From positions 22,638 to 86,637 of the forward strand of contig JBEKEA010000003.1 in the NCBI GenBank assembly GCA_050014075.1: a stretch of DNA of 64,000 nucleotides. The letters are read 5' to 3'. Positions 8,529 to 17,267 of the stretch are shown here, one piece after another (the first letter of the stretch is position 1; each line of letters starts with the position of its first letter). The notes under the pieces are model-generated. The model ran no database searches, was not told where the DNA came from, and was given only the letters and a program-made list of their open reading frames with translations. The position numbers and the translations under genes were made by a program. Source of the stretch: Sedimentisphaerales bacterium (GTDB lineage: Bacteria; Planctomycetota; Phycisphaerae; Sedimentisphaerales; UBA12454).

Positions 8529-10325
8529 ATGAAAACTAAATATTTAACTTTGGCAGGCCTTTTCTGGTTATCGTTTAGTTGCGTTGCTTTAGCTGATAGA
8601 CAGTTGGATAGAGCAGAGGTCTTGCAAATTTTCCAACAGTTAACAAGCCAGCCGAAAATGACCTGGATACCGGCAGGAACAATAAAAGCCGAACATGAGG
8701 AATATAAAGCACCTAAAACAACCGATACAAATGAGATTAACAAACAGGTTAAAGAAGAAATTGCTGGATATCAAAAGGACTCTAACAAGCGAGAATTAAC
8801 AGAAGATTTACAAAAAATGAAGCTTGATGCAATTCCGTTTAATATCCGTCACAAACTGTCTAATGAATACACAATGAATTCATCCGTAATTGTAAAATTT
8901 GATGGAAAAAAATTCTACTGGGAAATTAATGTAGATTCACGGACTGATTCGGTGAAGGCAGATATAAATCTGCCAGAAAATTTTATGACCAAAGAGTTTG
9001 ACCTGAACTGGAATGCAAGGCGTATATTTGCATGGGACGGTGAAAAATATACAACATATTTTCTGCCGGGTAATCATGCGATTGTCGATTCTACAGGCAG
9101 CACGCCGCACGTTGTAAATGGTCCTTTAACTGCCGGGTTTGTCCCATGGGGATATGGGTATTACAGTTATAATAATCTTTCTGCTATTGAATTTTCTGCT
9201 ATCGAAAAATATATTGATGGTCAGGCACAGATAAATATAACACTTAAGAATTCAGATGGTTCAGAAATGATTTTTGAACTGGACCCGGCTAAAAATTACG
9301 CAGTGCTTTCCTGTATAATAAAAAAGCTTGGCAACCTGGTTACATCAAAGCAATATTCCGGTTACCAAACGATATCCGGCAATTGGATTCCAACCGTTAT
9401 TTTAATCGAGCAATATGAAGCTGGTTCAAACAGACTGTTAGCACGTGAGTTATGGAATATTACGAATATAGACACTACCGTTCCTCAAAGCCGTGATTTT
9501 AATGTCGATTATATAGCAGATGCTTTGATAGAACATTCTGTTTTTAATAAACAAAAGCCTGAAATATATCGTTACTCACAGACAATTGACACAACCCTGC
9601 TTTTAGCTGACAGATTAACTTATGCAGCAAACGAAGGAACACAGAAACAGAATTGCGCAACAGCAGCCTTGAAATATGTCGCTTTGCAATTAGGTAAAAA
9701 TATTGCCGACAAACCGCTTGCCCAACTGATAAATAACCCGAATGGCCGGACAAGCCTTTATACAATGAAACAATTTGCGAAAAATCAGGGTTTTTACTGC
9801 TATGCTGTCAAGACCAATATCGAAACTCTAAAAAATCTCAAAGGCTGCAAAGCTATCCTGTATATTCCCGGCAAAAAACATTTTATTGCTCTTGATGCAA
9901 TAGATGACAAGTATGTCTGGACTGTAGATTTATCGAGTAATAAGTTTTATTATCACACAGACATTAACTTCTTTGATATGGACTGGACTGACGGCATAGC
10001 TCTTTTGATTTCTAACCAATCTATCAAAGGTGAATTTACTGAAATTAATGATGACCTTCTTCAAACAATAGCTGCAGCGGGTTATTCTTGTACCAGACTT
10101 CTTCAGGATTATCATGTATTGTATTGCTCTAATATTGGCGGATTATGCGGTGATTATTACGAGGAATACCAATTATTATATGGCTGTGAGTCCGGTTCCG
10201 GCAGTTGTTCAAGCTTCAAGATGGTTAGATACCAAGAAAGTCCTTGTATTGCAGTCCCTGATTATCCAACTGAGTGTATCCCAAATGGGGAATGGACAAG
10301 TTACTATGCGAGAGCATGTCAATAA
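8529..10325 (+). CDS. secreted protein with peptidase C39-like (papain-fold) domain and Cys-rich C-terminal tail
   Basis: 598-aa ORF with signal peptide MKTKYLTLAGLFWLSFSCVALA. QNCATAALKYVALQLG is a candidate catalytic Cys and GKKHFIALDAID a candidate His, as in C39-like domains. There are 10 Cys in the last ~85 aa. Confidence 0.55.
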   Translation: MKTKYLTLAGLFWLSFSCVALADRQLDRAEVLQIFQQLTSQPKMTWIPAGTIKAEHEEYKAPKTTDTNEINKQVKEEIAGYQKDSNKRELTEDLQKMKLDAIPFNIRHKLSNEYTMNSSVIVKFDGKKFYWEINVDSRTDSVKADINLPENFMTKEFDLNWNARRIFAWDGEKYTTYFLPGNHAIVDSTGSTPHVVNGPLTAGFVPWGYGYYSYNNLSAIEFSAIEKYIDGQAQINITLKNSDGSEMIFELDPAKNYAVLSCIIKKLGNLVTSKQYSGYQTISGNWIPTVILIEQYEAGSNRLLARELWNITNIDTTVPQSRDFNVDYIADALIEHSVFNKQKPEIYRYSQTIDTTLLLADRLTYAANEGTQKQNCATAALKYVALQLGKNIADKPLAQLINNPNGRTSLYTMKQFAKNQGFYCYAVKTNIETLKNLKGCKAILYIPGKKHFIALDAIDDKYVWTVDLSSNKFYYHTDINFFDMDWTDGIALLISNQSIKGEFTEINDDLLQTIAAAGYSCTRLLQDYHVLYCSNIGGLCGDYYEEYQLLYGCESGSGSCSSFKMVRYQESPCIAVPDYPTECIPNGEWTSYYARACQ

Positions 10326-10421
10326 ATTTTATATAAGTACCCAAAAAAGCGGTTGGGAATGGAATCCTGACCGTTTTTTTTATGTAGTTTGTTGATTCAT
10401 TAAGAAAATACTATACAATAT

Positions 10422-11219
10422 GTGAATATGAAACGCGTTTCTTTTACTCTAACTGAATTGCTCGTGGTTATTTCAATAATTGCCCTGTTAATGGCTATTA
10501 TAACCCCTTTATTAAGGAGTTCCAGGCAGCGTGCAAAATCTATTCTTTGCAGTTCGAATATTAAGCAATTATCTGTCGGCCTGTTTAGCTACGAAATGCA
10601 AAACCAAACTTTTCCTTCAGGTTTTGACAAGACTCGCACCGATCGGCCTCCCGGAAATTATGCCGGATTTTCATATGACAGAGGCGGATGGTGGTGGTTC
10701 AATTTAATAGATGGGTTTTATAAAAGAACAGATGAAAAAAATACTGTTGTTAAGTGTCCCTCCAAATTGTTAACTAATCCAACACTTAATAATGATATTT
10801 TATGCGGTAATTACGGGGTAAACTATTTTATTTGCAAAGGCTCTTCCGATTCGTCAACCAAAAAAGAATTTATAGGCAAGCCGTTAAGTAGCAATAATAT
10901 ACCAAGTCCTGCAAAAACTTTACTTCTCGTCGATAGCGGTTATACCATAATAAGCTGGTGGCATGCCGCAGATTATCCCCCTGTTGTCCTTGGCAGCGGG
11001 ATTGAAGATTCCGCTTATATACCGGGTCTGAAAATTAATAATAATAGAAAACTATGGCCCGGTCAGCAACAGGATGCCATTAACGGCAGGCACCCAAACA
11101 AAACTGTCAATGTGGGTTTTGTTGATGGTCATGCAAGTTGCATAAAAGCTGATGATTTACTCGTTGAGAAAACAAACAATGGTTACAATAACAAAATCCC
11201 GCTCTGGGTTCCGAAATGA
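10422..11219 (+). CDS. prepilin-type N-terminal cleavage/methylation domain protein, DUF1559 / H-X9-DG-like pseudopilin
   Basis: 265-aa ORF. The N-terminus FTLTELLVVISIIALLMAI is a class III signal. The C-terminal RHPNKTVNVGFVDGHASCIK resembles the H-X9-DG motif, here with 10 spacer residues. Confidence 0.8.
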   Translation: MNMKRVSFTLTELLVVISIIALLMAIITPLLRSSRQRAKSILCSSNIKQLSVGLFSYEMQNQTFPSGFDKTRTDRPPGNYAGFSYDRGGWWWFNLIDGFYKRTDEKNTVVKCPSKLLTNPTLNNDILCGNYGVNYFICKGSSDSSTKKEFIGKPLSSNNIPSPAKTLLLVDSGYTIISWWHAADYPPVVLGSGIEDSAYIPGLKINNNRKLWPGQQQDAINGRHPNKTVNVGFVDGHASCIKADDLLVEKTNNGYNNKIPLWVPK

Positions 11220-11232
11220 AACATCTGCTTTC

Positions 11233-12912
11233 CTAAAAAGATGCATTCTTAATAATCTTTTGCATTTCACCTTCATCCGGATATTCAACTGTACTAATCG
11301 ATTTAAGTATATATTCATCATCGAAGCTTGATTTCCTGTACCATTCGACTTTTCGAGGGAGGTTTGTTTTTGCATCCGCAAAAACCCGCCACTTTCTAAA
11401 CACAGTATCATCGTTTACTTTCTCAGACCACTGCAGTTCATATACTTCAATTTCATCGCTTGTTTTAATATTTTTATCATCTATACGTTTCCATTCAGCA
11501 CCTTTTGGAATTTCAGATATAGCATAAAACGGCATTAATCCAAAAGAATTGCTGATTTTACCGGCCATTTCATTAATCATTTCACTAGTTAGTTTCGTTG
11601 TCTCAATCGAATTGTCCCCTGGATGCTTTACTTTTTTAGCTCCGCCTGCAAGGTCCCACAAAACAAACCCGTTTCCAGTTTTGATTAGGTTAATATTTAA
11701 CGTCCTTGATACCCACTGTTCCTGCAGCGGCTCTTTCTTATCAGGAATAAAACTTGATATATGAACATTTTTAATTTTTTCAATGGCTTTGTAAATACTC
11801 TCAAGAGTAACCGCCCCGGCGGCCGGGATATTCAAAAATAATACAGTCGCAATTAATATAACTGCGGCCGCGGCAACGCCGACTTTAAATAACGGCTTGA
11901 TATTCATTGCTGATATTTTTCTTTTTGATGCAATATCAATGGTTGGGGTTAGTTGTTCTGTCTTTACTTCTTCTTGGCGTCCGGTTATCTCTATCCTTAT
12001 CGGGAAACCTGCATAAATATCATCCGATTCGCCGGTTTCGATTTTGGCAGATTCATCTATATGGTATATTGTAACAACCTCGGATTCGGCACGCTCGGCA
12101 ATGTTATAGATGGTGCTATGTAATTGCTGCATCTTAGTCAAACAAATTGGACAAACAGAAGAATGAGAGGTAAAAAAGCTCCGGAATTTAGCATACTGGT
12201 CTCCAGCAGGGTCAATTCCATAAGGCACGACATAATCAAAATAATCGCTTGCAGAGATTTCTGTGCACAGGAACATCTTTGGTTCTTTACTGATATGCAA
12301 ATATTTATTTCGAACCATTTCTCTGTGCTGATATAACATTTTAAGACAATCAGGACAAACGCACAAATGCTTCAAGACCTCTTTATCAGCATCACCAAAA
12401 TTCATCGATACAACAGCTGTAATAGCAGTTTGGGCCTGCGAGCAGTTAATAGCTTCTTTAGCGGCTTTTTCTGCAAATAACTGACTTAATCGGCATAATT
12501 GTTTACTGTTAAGATTGAGCTCTCGAATTGTATTCAAATCTTGTCGGCATTGCTGGCAGTTATCAAGATGTACCGTTATCGGTGTGGGCACTTTAATCTT
12601 TAGTGCCGGTTCTAAGAAGCCCGGTAAAAAAGGTTTTACAGTTTCACAGGTTACACGCTTGCCAATATAGGCAAAGTGAAGTTTAAGCCAGGCAATTTCA
12701 GCAAGATTAATCTGCTTTTGCTCTAAGTCGTGATAATCTTCAGCTTGTGATAATATACCTTCATATTGTTTAATCTTCTCCCGGCAATATTGGCACTGAT
12801 TAATGTGATTGATAATATGCTCCGGGACAGGCCCATGGCCTTCACCCGGCAGAAAGTCATAATAATACTGCTCAGCCTGCTGACATAACGAATTGAATTT
12901 ATAGGCAATCAT
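11233..12912 (-). CDS. membrane-spanning anti-sigma factor with four tandem ZAS-type zinc modules
   Basis: Start placed at Met22 of the 580-aa ORF. Its ATG overlaps the sigma-factor TGA as ATGA (12909..12912). Four H-x3-C-x2-C motifs are present (HINQCQYC, HLDNCQQC, HLCVCPDC, HSSVCPIC). One TM helix (VGVAAAAVILIATVLFL) is followed by a ~200-aa extracytoplasmic domain. Confidence 0.8.
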   Translation of the reverse strand: MIAYKFNSLCQQAEQYYYDFLPGEGHGPVPEHIINHINQCQYCREKIKQYEGILSQAEDYHDLEQKQINLAEIAWLKLHFAYIGKRVTCETVKPFLPGFLEPALKIKVPTPITVHLDNCQQCRQDLNTIRELNLNSKQLCRLSQLFAEKAAKEAINCSQAQTAITAVVSMNFGDADKEVLKHLCVCPDCLKMLYQHREMVRNKYLHISKEPKMFLCTEISASDYFDYVVPYGIDPAGDQYAKFRSFFTSHSSVCPICLTKMQQLHSTIYNIAERAESEVVTIYHIDESAKIETGESDDIYAGFPIRIEITGRQEEVKTEQLTPTIDIASKRKISAMNIKPLFKVGVAAAAVILIATVLFLNIPAAGAVTLESIYKAIEKIKNVHISSFIPDKKEPLQEQWVSRTLNINLIKTGNGFVLWDLAGGAKKVKHPGDNSIETTKLTSEMINEMAGKISNSFGLMPFYAISEIPKGAEWKRIDDKNIKTSDEIEVYELQWSEKVNDDTVFRKWRVFADAKTNLPRKVEWYRKSSFDDEYILKSISTVEYPDEGEMQKIIKNASF

Positions 12913-13415
12913 TGCAACAGGTCTTCTCCTAAAAATCGCCTGATTTTTCGCACACCCGTAGAAATATATCTCCATGCTGCAATATTGTTAATATCAAGCG
13001 ATTTAGCTACCTCTTTAATCTTATAATTTTTTTTATACCGCAAAATTACAGCTTTGGCTTCATAGTGCTGTAATTGTGTTTCAATGCATCTGAACATTTT
13101 ATTCATTTCTTCCGTTTCAATCAAAACCTTTTCTGGTTCATCTTCGGCAGCAGAACAATTTATATATTCAGCATAATTGTGCATCCGGTTTTGATATCTT
13201 TCTACTCGGCGCCGACTATCTATAATATCATTGATTATTGCTCTATAAAGATAGCCCTTGATGTTCTTTACATTTTCACAAGGCGGCCTGTACACAAGAG
13301 AAATAAAAAAATTCTGAAATAAATCATCTACATTGCCCTCATCACCGGCTTTATATCGAATTACTCCGCGTATAAAATCTCCGTATTTGGAGAAAATCTC
13401 AGCCGCAAGATGCAC
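12909..13415 (-). CDS. ECF-type RNA polymerase sigma-70 family factor
   Basis: 168-aa ORF. Region-2-like DLFQNFFISL...YLYRAIINDIIDSRRR and region-4 HTH-like YKIKEVAKSLDINNIAAWRYISTGVRKIR. Translationally coupled to the downstream anti-sigma gene. Confidence 0.8.
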   Translation of the reverse strand: MHLAAEIFSKYGDFIRGVIRYKAGDEGNVDDLFQNFFISLVYRPPCENVKNIKGYLYRAIINDIIDSRRRVERYQNRMHNYAEYINCSAAEDEPEKVLIETEEMNKMFRCIETQLQHYEAKAVILRYKKNYKIKEVAKSLDINNIAAWRYISTGVRKIRRFLGEDLLQ

Positions 13416-13490
13416 ATCCTGTGCCAGATTACCGGCAGCAGCGTTCAGAACAATCCTCCAGCCTTGGAACCAAAGCAGTTATTAGTTTTA

Positions 13491-14471
13491 TCAGACAGAC
13501 AATCCCTCAGGTAATTGTTTGGCCACATTTTGAGCTATTTGTACGACTTTTTCCCGCAGACTGGCAGGTGCAAGAACCTGTACCTGGTCGCCGTAGCTTA
13601 GAATCCACCATATTATTTCTTTCAGTCCATCAACGCGGAATTCCATGATTGCCGAACCATCATCCTGAAAGTTTACTGTCTGCGTATTGTGCCATTGGAC
13701 ATCGCAAACACTTTGAGCAGCTTGCGGCAGGAATCTGAGCTTAACATTATAAAGTACCCCTTCCGGCACCATTGACCACGCACGGCCGATATGCTCGGCT
13801 AAATCGAACTTCTTATCCTCAACGAAACATTTATCCAGAATGCGGCATTCTTTGATATGATTAAGTTTTAAAAGGCAGATTTCACTGCCGGATTCTTTTT
13901 TGGCAAGTACATACCATGCATAGTTATTATACATCAGATGATATGGACATATATTAGTTTCCATATCTTCCTGCCCATCTGATAAAGAATAACAAATAGC
14001 TGCAATTCGTTTGTCCAGAATAGCATCCAATAATTGTGTAAATTTCTGGTCAAGCAAATCTAAATTTTCCTGAGGGCCGGGCTTTATGGAAATCTTTTCA
14101 AGGGCGGTATTGCAAAATCGTTTTGTCTTCTCAGGCAAACCACTTTCTATTTTAAGTGCTGCCATAATTGCTGAATTTTTGAATGGAAAATGAATATGAT
14201 TTTTTACTTTATGTGCCAGTAAGAGCAAACTTAACGCCTCATAATTATTCAGGCTCGGCGATGAAAGGAAAAATTTCGGATCTATCCTGTAACCGCGGCT
14301 CTTAGGGTCAAAACTGCACGGCACCCCTACTTTCCTCAGTTCACTTAAATCCCTGAAAACCATTCTTTTGCTAATGCTCAATATTTCAGTCAGATTCTCA
14401 ACCCCATAGCTCTGCCCTGATTGTAACGCCGTAAGGAGCTGAATCATCCTGCTAACTCTGCTGGTTTTCAT
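13491..14471 (-). CDS. HTH + WYL domain transcriptional regulator (YafY/BrxR-like architecture)
   Basis: 326-aa ORF. The N-terminal RVSRMIQLLTALQSGQSYGVENLTEILSISKRMVFRDLSELRKVGVP is a typical HTH_11/DeoR-like N-terminus of WYL regulators. The central segment YAWYVLAKKESGSEICLLKLNHI is WYL-like. Confidence 0.75.
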   Translation of the reverse strand: MKTSRVSRMIQLLTALQSGQSYGVENLTEILSISKRMVFRDLSELRKVGVPCSFDPKSRGYRIDPKFFLSSPSLNNYEALSLLLLAHKVKNHIHFPFKNSAIMAALKIESGLPEKTKRFCNTALEKISIKPGPQENLDLLDQKFTQLLDAILDKRIAAICYSLSDGQEDMETNICPYHLMYNNYAWYVLAKKESGSEICLLKLNHIKECRILDKCFVEDKKFDLAEHIGRAWSMVPEGVLYNVKLRFLPQAAQSVCDVQWHNTQTVNFQDDGSAIMEFRVDGLKEIIWWILSYGDQVQVLAPASLREKVVQIAQNVAKQLPEGLSV

Positions 14472-14672
14472 AACGCTATCCTAATATCAGATGAAACAAT
14501 TATAGCAGAATTATAAGCATTTTGCATGCTTTTTTCAAGAGATAGGGCAAAATATTGGAAAAAATGGGATTATTGTAATTCGAGGAAGATTTTGATATTA
14601 TTGCGGGGTTGAAAGGTTTAATTGCGTAACTGCATACCAGTACGAAAATAATTAGAAAAGGCATAAACAAGT

Positions 14673-16562
14673 ATGGCAGTAATTGGAATGCAGGATGTGA
14701 GCGTTGGTTTTGGCGGTCGGCCATTGCTTGAACATATAAATTTGCAGATAGAGCCGGGCGATAGGATTTGTCTGCTCGGCCGCAATGGCGTAGGCAAAAC
14801 GACGCTGATGAAACTTATTACAGGTGAAGTTTTGCCCGAAAAAGGCGATGTTTCACGTCTGCCGAAGATTACAATAACGTGTCTGACACAGGATGTGCCG
14901 GAACTGAGCGGGACGGTGTTTGAATTAGTATCCGAGGGACTGGGCCAATGCGGAAAGCTGCTGGCGCAGTATCACTCTGTCTGCCATCAACTGGCCCTTG
15001 ACCACGATAATAAATCGCTTCTGACTAAGCTTGACGAGCTGCATCACTCGCTCGACGCCGAAAACGGCTGGCAGATGGACAGGTATGTCGAGGATATTAT
15101 TCAAAATATGGAACTGGAGGCCGATGCCGAAGCGGCGGGCCTTTCGGCCGGGATGAAACGGCGGGTATTGCTCGCGCAGGCGCTTGTTCGCAATCCGGAT
15201 GTGCTGCTGCTTGATGAGCCGACTAACCATCTCGATATCGATGCGGTAACGTGGATTGAGGATTTTCTGACCAGCTATAAAGGAACGCTGATTTTTGTCA
15301 GCCACGACCGCGTATTCGTCAAAAAGCTTGCGACGCGTATCATCGAGCTTGATAGAGGCCGGGCAATAAGTTATTCCTGCAACTATGAAACATTCCTTGT
15401 TCGCAAGGATATCGCCAATGAAGCACAGGCGGTTGAGGATGCGCTGTTCGATAAAAAACTGGCAAAGGAAGAGGTGTGGATTCGCAAAGGGATAAAGGCA
15501 CGCCGGACGCGAAACGAAGGCCGCGTGCGGGCTCTCAAGAAGATGCGTGACGAGCGAAGGCAGCGCAGAGAGGAAATTGGAAATGTCAAGATGCGGCTGC
15601 AGGATGTCCAGCAATCCGGCACGTTGGTGATTGATGCAAAAGATATTTCATTTTCATATAAACCCGAAAAACCGATTATTTCAAATTTTTCCACGACCAT
15701 CACGCGTGGCGACAAAATCGGCGTCATCGGGCCTAACGGCTCGGGAAAAACGACGCTGCTGCAGGTGCTGCTCAAGGAACTCGCCGCCCAGCAGGGCTCA
15801 ATACGTCATGGCACGAATCTGGAAATCGCGTATTTCGACCAGCTGCACGCCCAGCTCGATTATGAAAAATCTGTGTATGAAAATATCGCCGGCGGCAACA
15901 AGACTGTGGTGATTAACGGAATTTCCCGGAACATCGTCGGCTATCTTCAGGACTTTTTGTTTACGCCTGACCAGTCGCTAAGCCCGCTGTCGAATCTTTC
16001 CGGCGGCGAGCGGAATCGGCTTTTGCTGGCCAGACTTTTTGCCACCCCGTCAAATGTACTTGTAATGGATGAGCCGACAAATGACCTTGATATCGAGACG
16101 CTCGAGTTGCTCGAAGAATTTTTGCTCAACTATCCCGGCACGGTGCTGATGGTAAGTCATGACCGGGAATTTTTGAATAACGTCGTTACCGGTATTATAT
16201 CGGTGCAAGGCAATGGCGTTGTAGAAGAATACGTTGGCGGATATGATGACTGGCTGCGGCAGAGAAAGGCAGTGCCTAACCCAGAGCCCCAAAACACGCC
16301 GGCGAAAGTAGTAAAAGCCGTGCCAGTAAAAGAGAAAGTGCGAAAATTGACTTTCAAGGAAAAGAAGGAACTCAAAGCGTTGCTCGTGCTGATAGAAAAA
16401 TTGGAAAGCGAGCAAAAGCAATTGCACGAGGCGATGGCCGACCCGGCACTTTATAAAAAAGGCTCAGAAGTTGTCCAGGTTACTACCCGCGCCGGTGAAT
16501 TAAAAAAACAGCTCGATAAACTTTACGCCCGGTGGCAGGAGTTGGATGGGCTACCTAAATAG
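14673..16562 (+). CDS. uup: ABC-F family ATPase (Uup-like, two ABC cassettes plus C-terminal coiled coil)
   Basis: 629-aa ORF. Two Walker A motifs (GRNGVGKTT, GPNGSGKTT), two ABC signatures (LSAGMKRR, LSGGERNR) and two Walker B motifs (LLLDEPTNHLD, LVMDEPTNDLD). No TM domain. A K/E-rich C-terminal helix is present. Confidence 0.85.
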   Translation: MAVIGMQDVSVGFGGRPLLEHINLQIEPGDRICLLGRNGVGKTTLMKLITGEVLPEKGDVSRLPKITITCLTQDVPELSGTVFELVSEGLGQCGKLLAQYHSVCHQLALDHDNKSLLTKLDELHHSLDAENGWQMDRYVEDIIQNMELEADAEAAGLSAGMKRRVLLAQALVRNPDVLLLDEPTNHLDIDAVTWIEDFLTSYKGTLIFVSHDRVFVKKLATRIIELDRGRAISYSCNYETFLVRKDIANEAQAVEDALFDKKLAKEEVWIRKGIKARRTRNEGRVRALKKMRDERRQRREEIGNVKMRLQDVQQSGTLVIDAKDISFSYKPEKPIISNFSTTITRGDKIGVIGPNGSGKTTLLQVLLKELAAQQGSIRHGTNLEIAYFDQLHAQLDYEKSVYENIAGGNKTVVINGISRNIVGYLQDFLFTPDQSLSPLSNLSGGERNRLLLARLFATPSNVLVMDEPTNDLDIETLELLEEFLLNYPGTVLMVSHDREFLNNVVTGIISVQGNGVVEEYVGGYDDWLRQRKAVPNPEPQNTPAKVVKAVPVKEKVRKLTFKEKKELKALLVLIEKLESEQKQLHEAMADPALYKKGSEVVQVTTRAGELKKQLDKLYARWQELDGLPK

Positions 16563-16569
16563 CTTACAG

Positions 16570-16971
16570 TTAAGAAGTTCTTTGTCTTCGTTTTCTCCTG
16601 TCTTTCTGCTTCTTGATTTTTTCTAACTTTTTTGCTTGGGGGCTTTCTTTTCCAAGTAATTTATTCTCCAGCAGTTCACACATTTGCTTTCTGGCATAAT
16701 AACGATTCAGACTCTGGCTGCGGCTCTTTTGAACCTTGACAGCCAACCCGCTGGGAATATGTTTCAAATAAACACAAGAGGAAGTTTTATTGACTTTCTG
16801 CCCCCCTGCTCCACCGCTTCGAACAAATGTTTCCTCAATATCATTCTCAAGCAGATTGCAGTTATGCATACGCTGCCCAAGCTCTTGTCTTTTTCGTTCT
16901 GTAATTCCAAAATTAATCATATATCCTGCACATTCTTGTCTTTTTCGTTCTGTAATTCCAAAATTAATCAT
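16570..16971 (-). CDS. GGQ-motif peptidyl-tRNA hydrolase domain protein (ArfB/YaeJ-like class I release-factor family)
   Basis: 133-aa ORF. RSGGAGGQKVNKTSSCVYLKH contains the GGQ motif, and the C-terminal tail is basic (KKQKDRRKRRQRTS). The first 17 codons are an exact duplicate, so an alternative start at 16920 is possible. Confidence 0.75.
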   Translation of the reverse strand: MINFGITERKRQECAGYMINFGITERKRQELGQRMHNCNLLENDIEETFVRSGGAGGQKVNKTSSCVYLKHIPSGLAVKVQKSRSQSLNRYYARKQMCELLENKLLGKESPQAKKLEKIKKQKDRRKRRQRTS

Positions 16972-16984
16972 ATATCCTGCACAT
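16883..16984. repeat. perfect 51-bp tandem duplication (2 copies) covering RBS, start codon and first 13 codons of the ArfB-like gene
   Basis: Copy 16883..16933 is identical to copy 16934..16984 by direct reading. This gives the peptide MINFGITERKRQE twice, 17 codons apart. Confidence 0.95.
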
Positions 16985-17267
16985 CCAGGTGCTATTACAT
17001 CACAAATTACCGCCCTTTAGTATTCAAAACCGAAAATTTGTGATAAAGTTAAAGAGTACACATAGGACGCAAAAAATAAATCTTTTTAACTAATAATTTC
17101 ATGTTATGCCCTATAATCAGCGGGAATGAACTCTAACTCACGGATTATCAACATTTAATGATTTTGACACGGTATTAGTCTTTAAAAAAAGCATAAATCT
17201 TGTTATAATATATGATAGGCCTTGGCATTTTTTAACCAAAAACACACTTTTTTTTAAGGGCGGGAAA

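Noticed and set aside
12913-12975. Upstream-extended start of the anti-sigma ORF (12975). Likewise the extended starts of the pilin ORF (23566) and of the WecE-like ORF (44679).
   Set aside because: The extensions overlap the preceding gene or lack an RBS. Internal Mets give canonical N-termini: ATGA coupling for the anti-sigma gene, MKANK...G|FTLVE for the pilin, and MAIPFNKP with an AAGGA RBS for the aminotransferase.
17164-17209. Sigma70-like promoter elements (TTGACA at 17164, TATAAT at 17204) upstream of the hydrolase gene
   Set aside because: The spacing between the two hexamers is ~34 nt, far from the 16-18 nt optimum. An alternative TTTAAA-N17-TATAAT is weak. Promoter consensus in this lineage is unknown, so no promoter is called.
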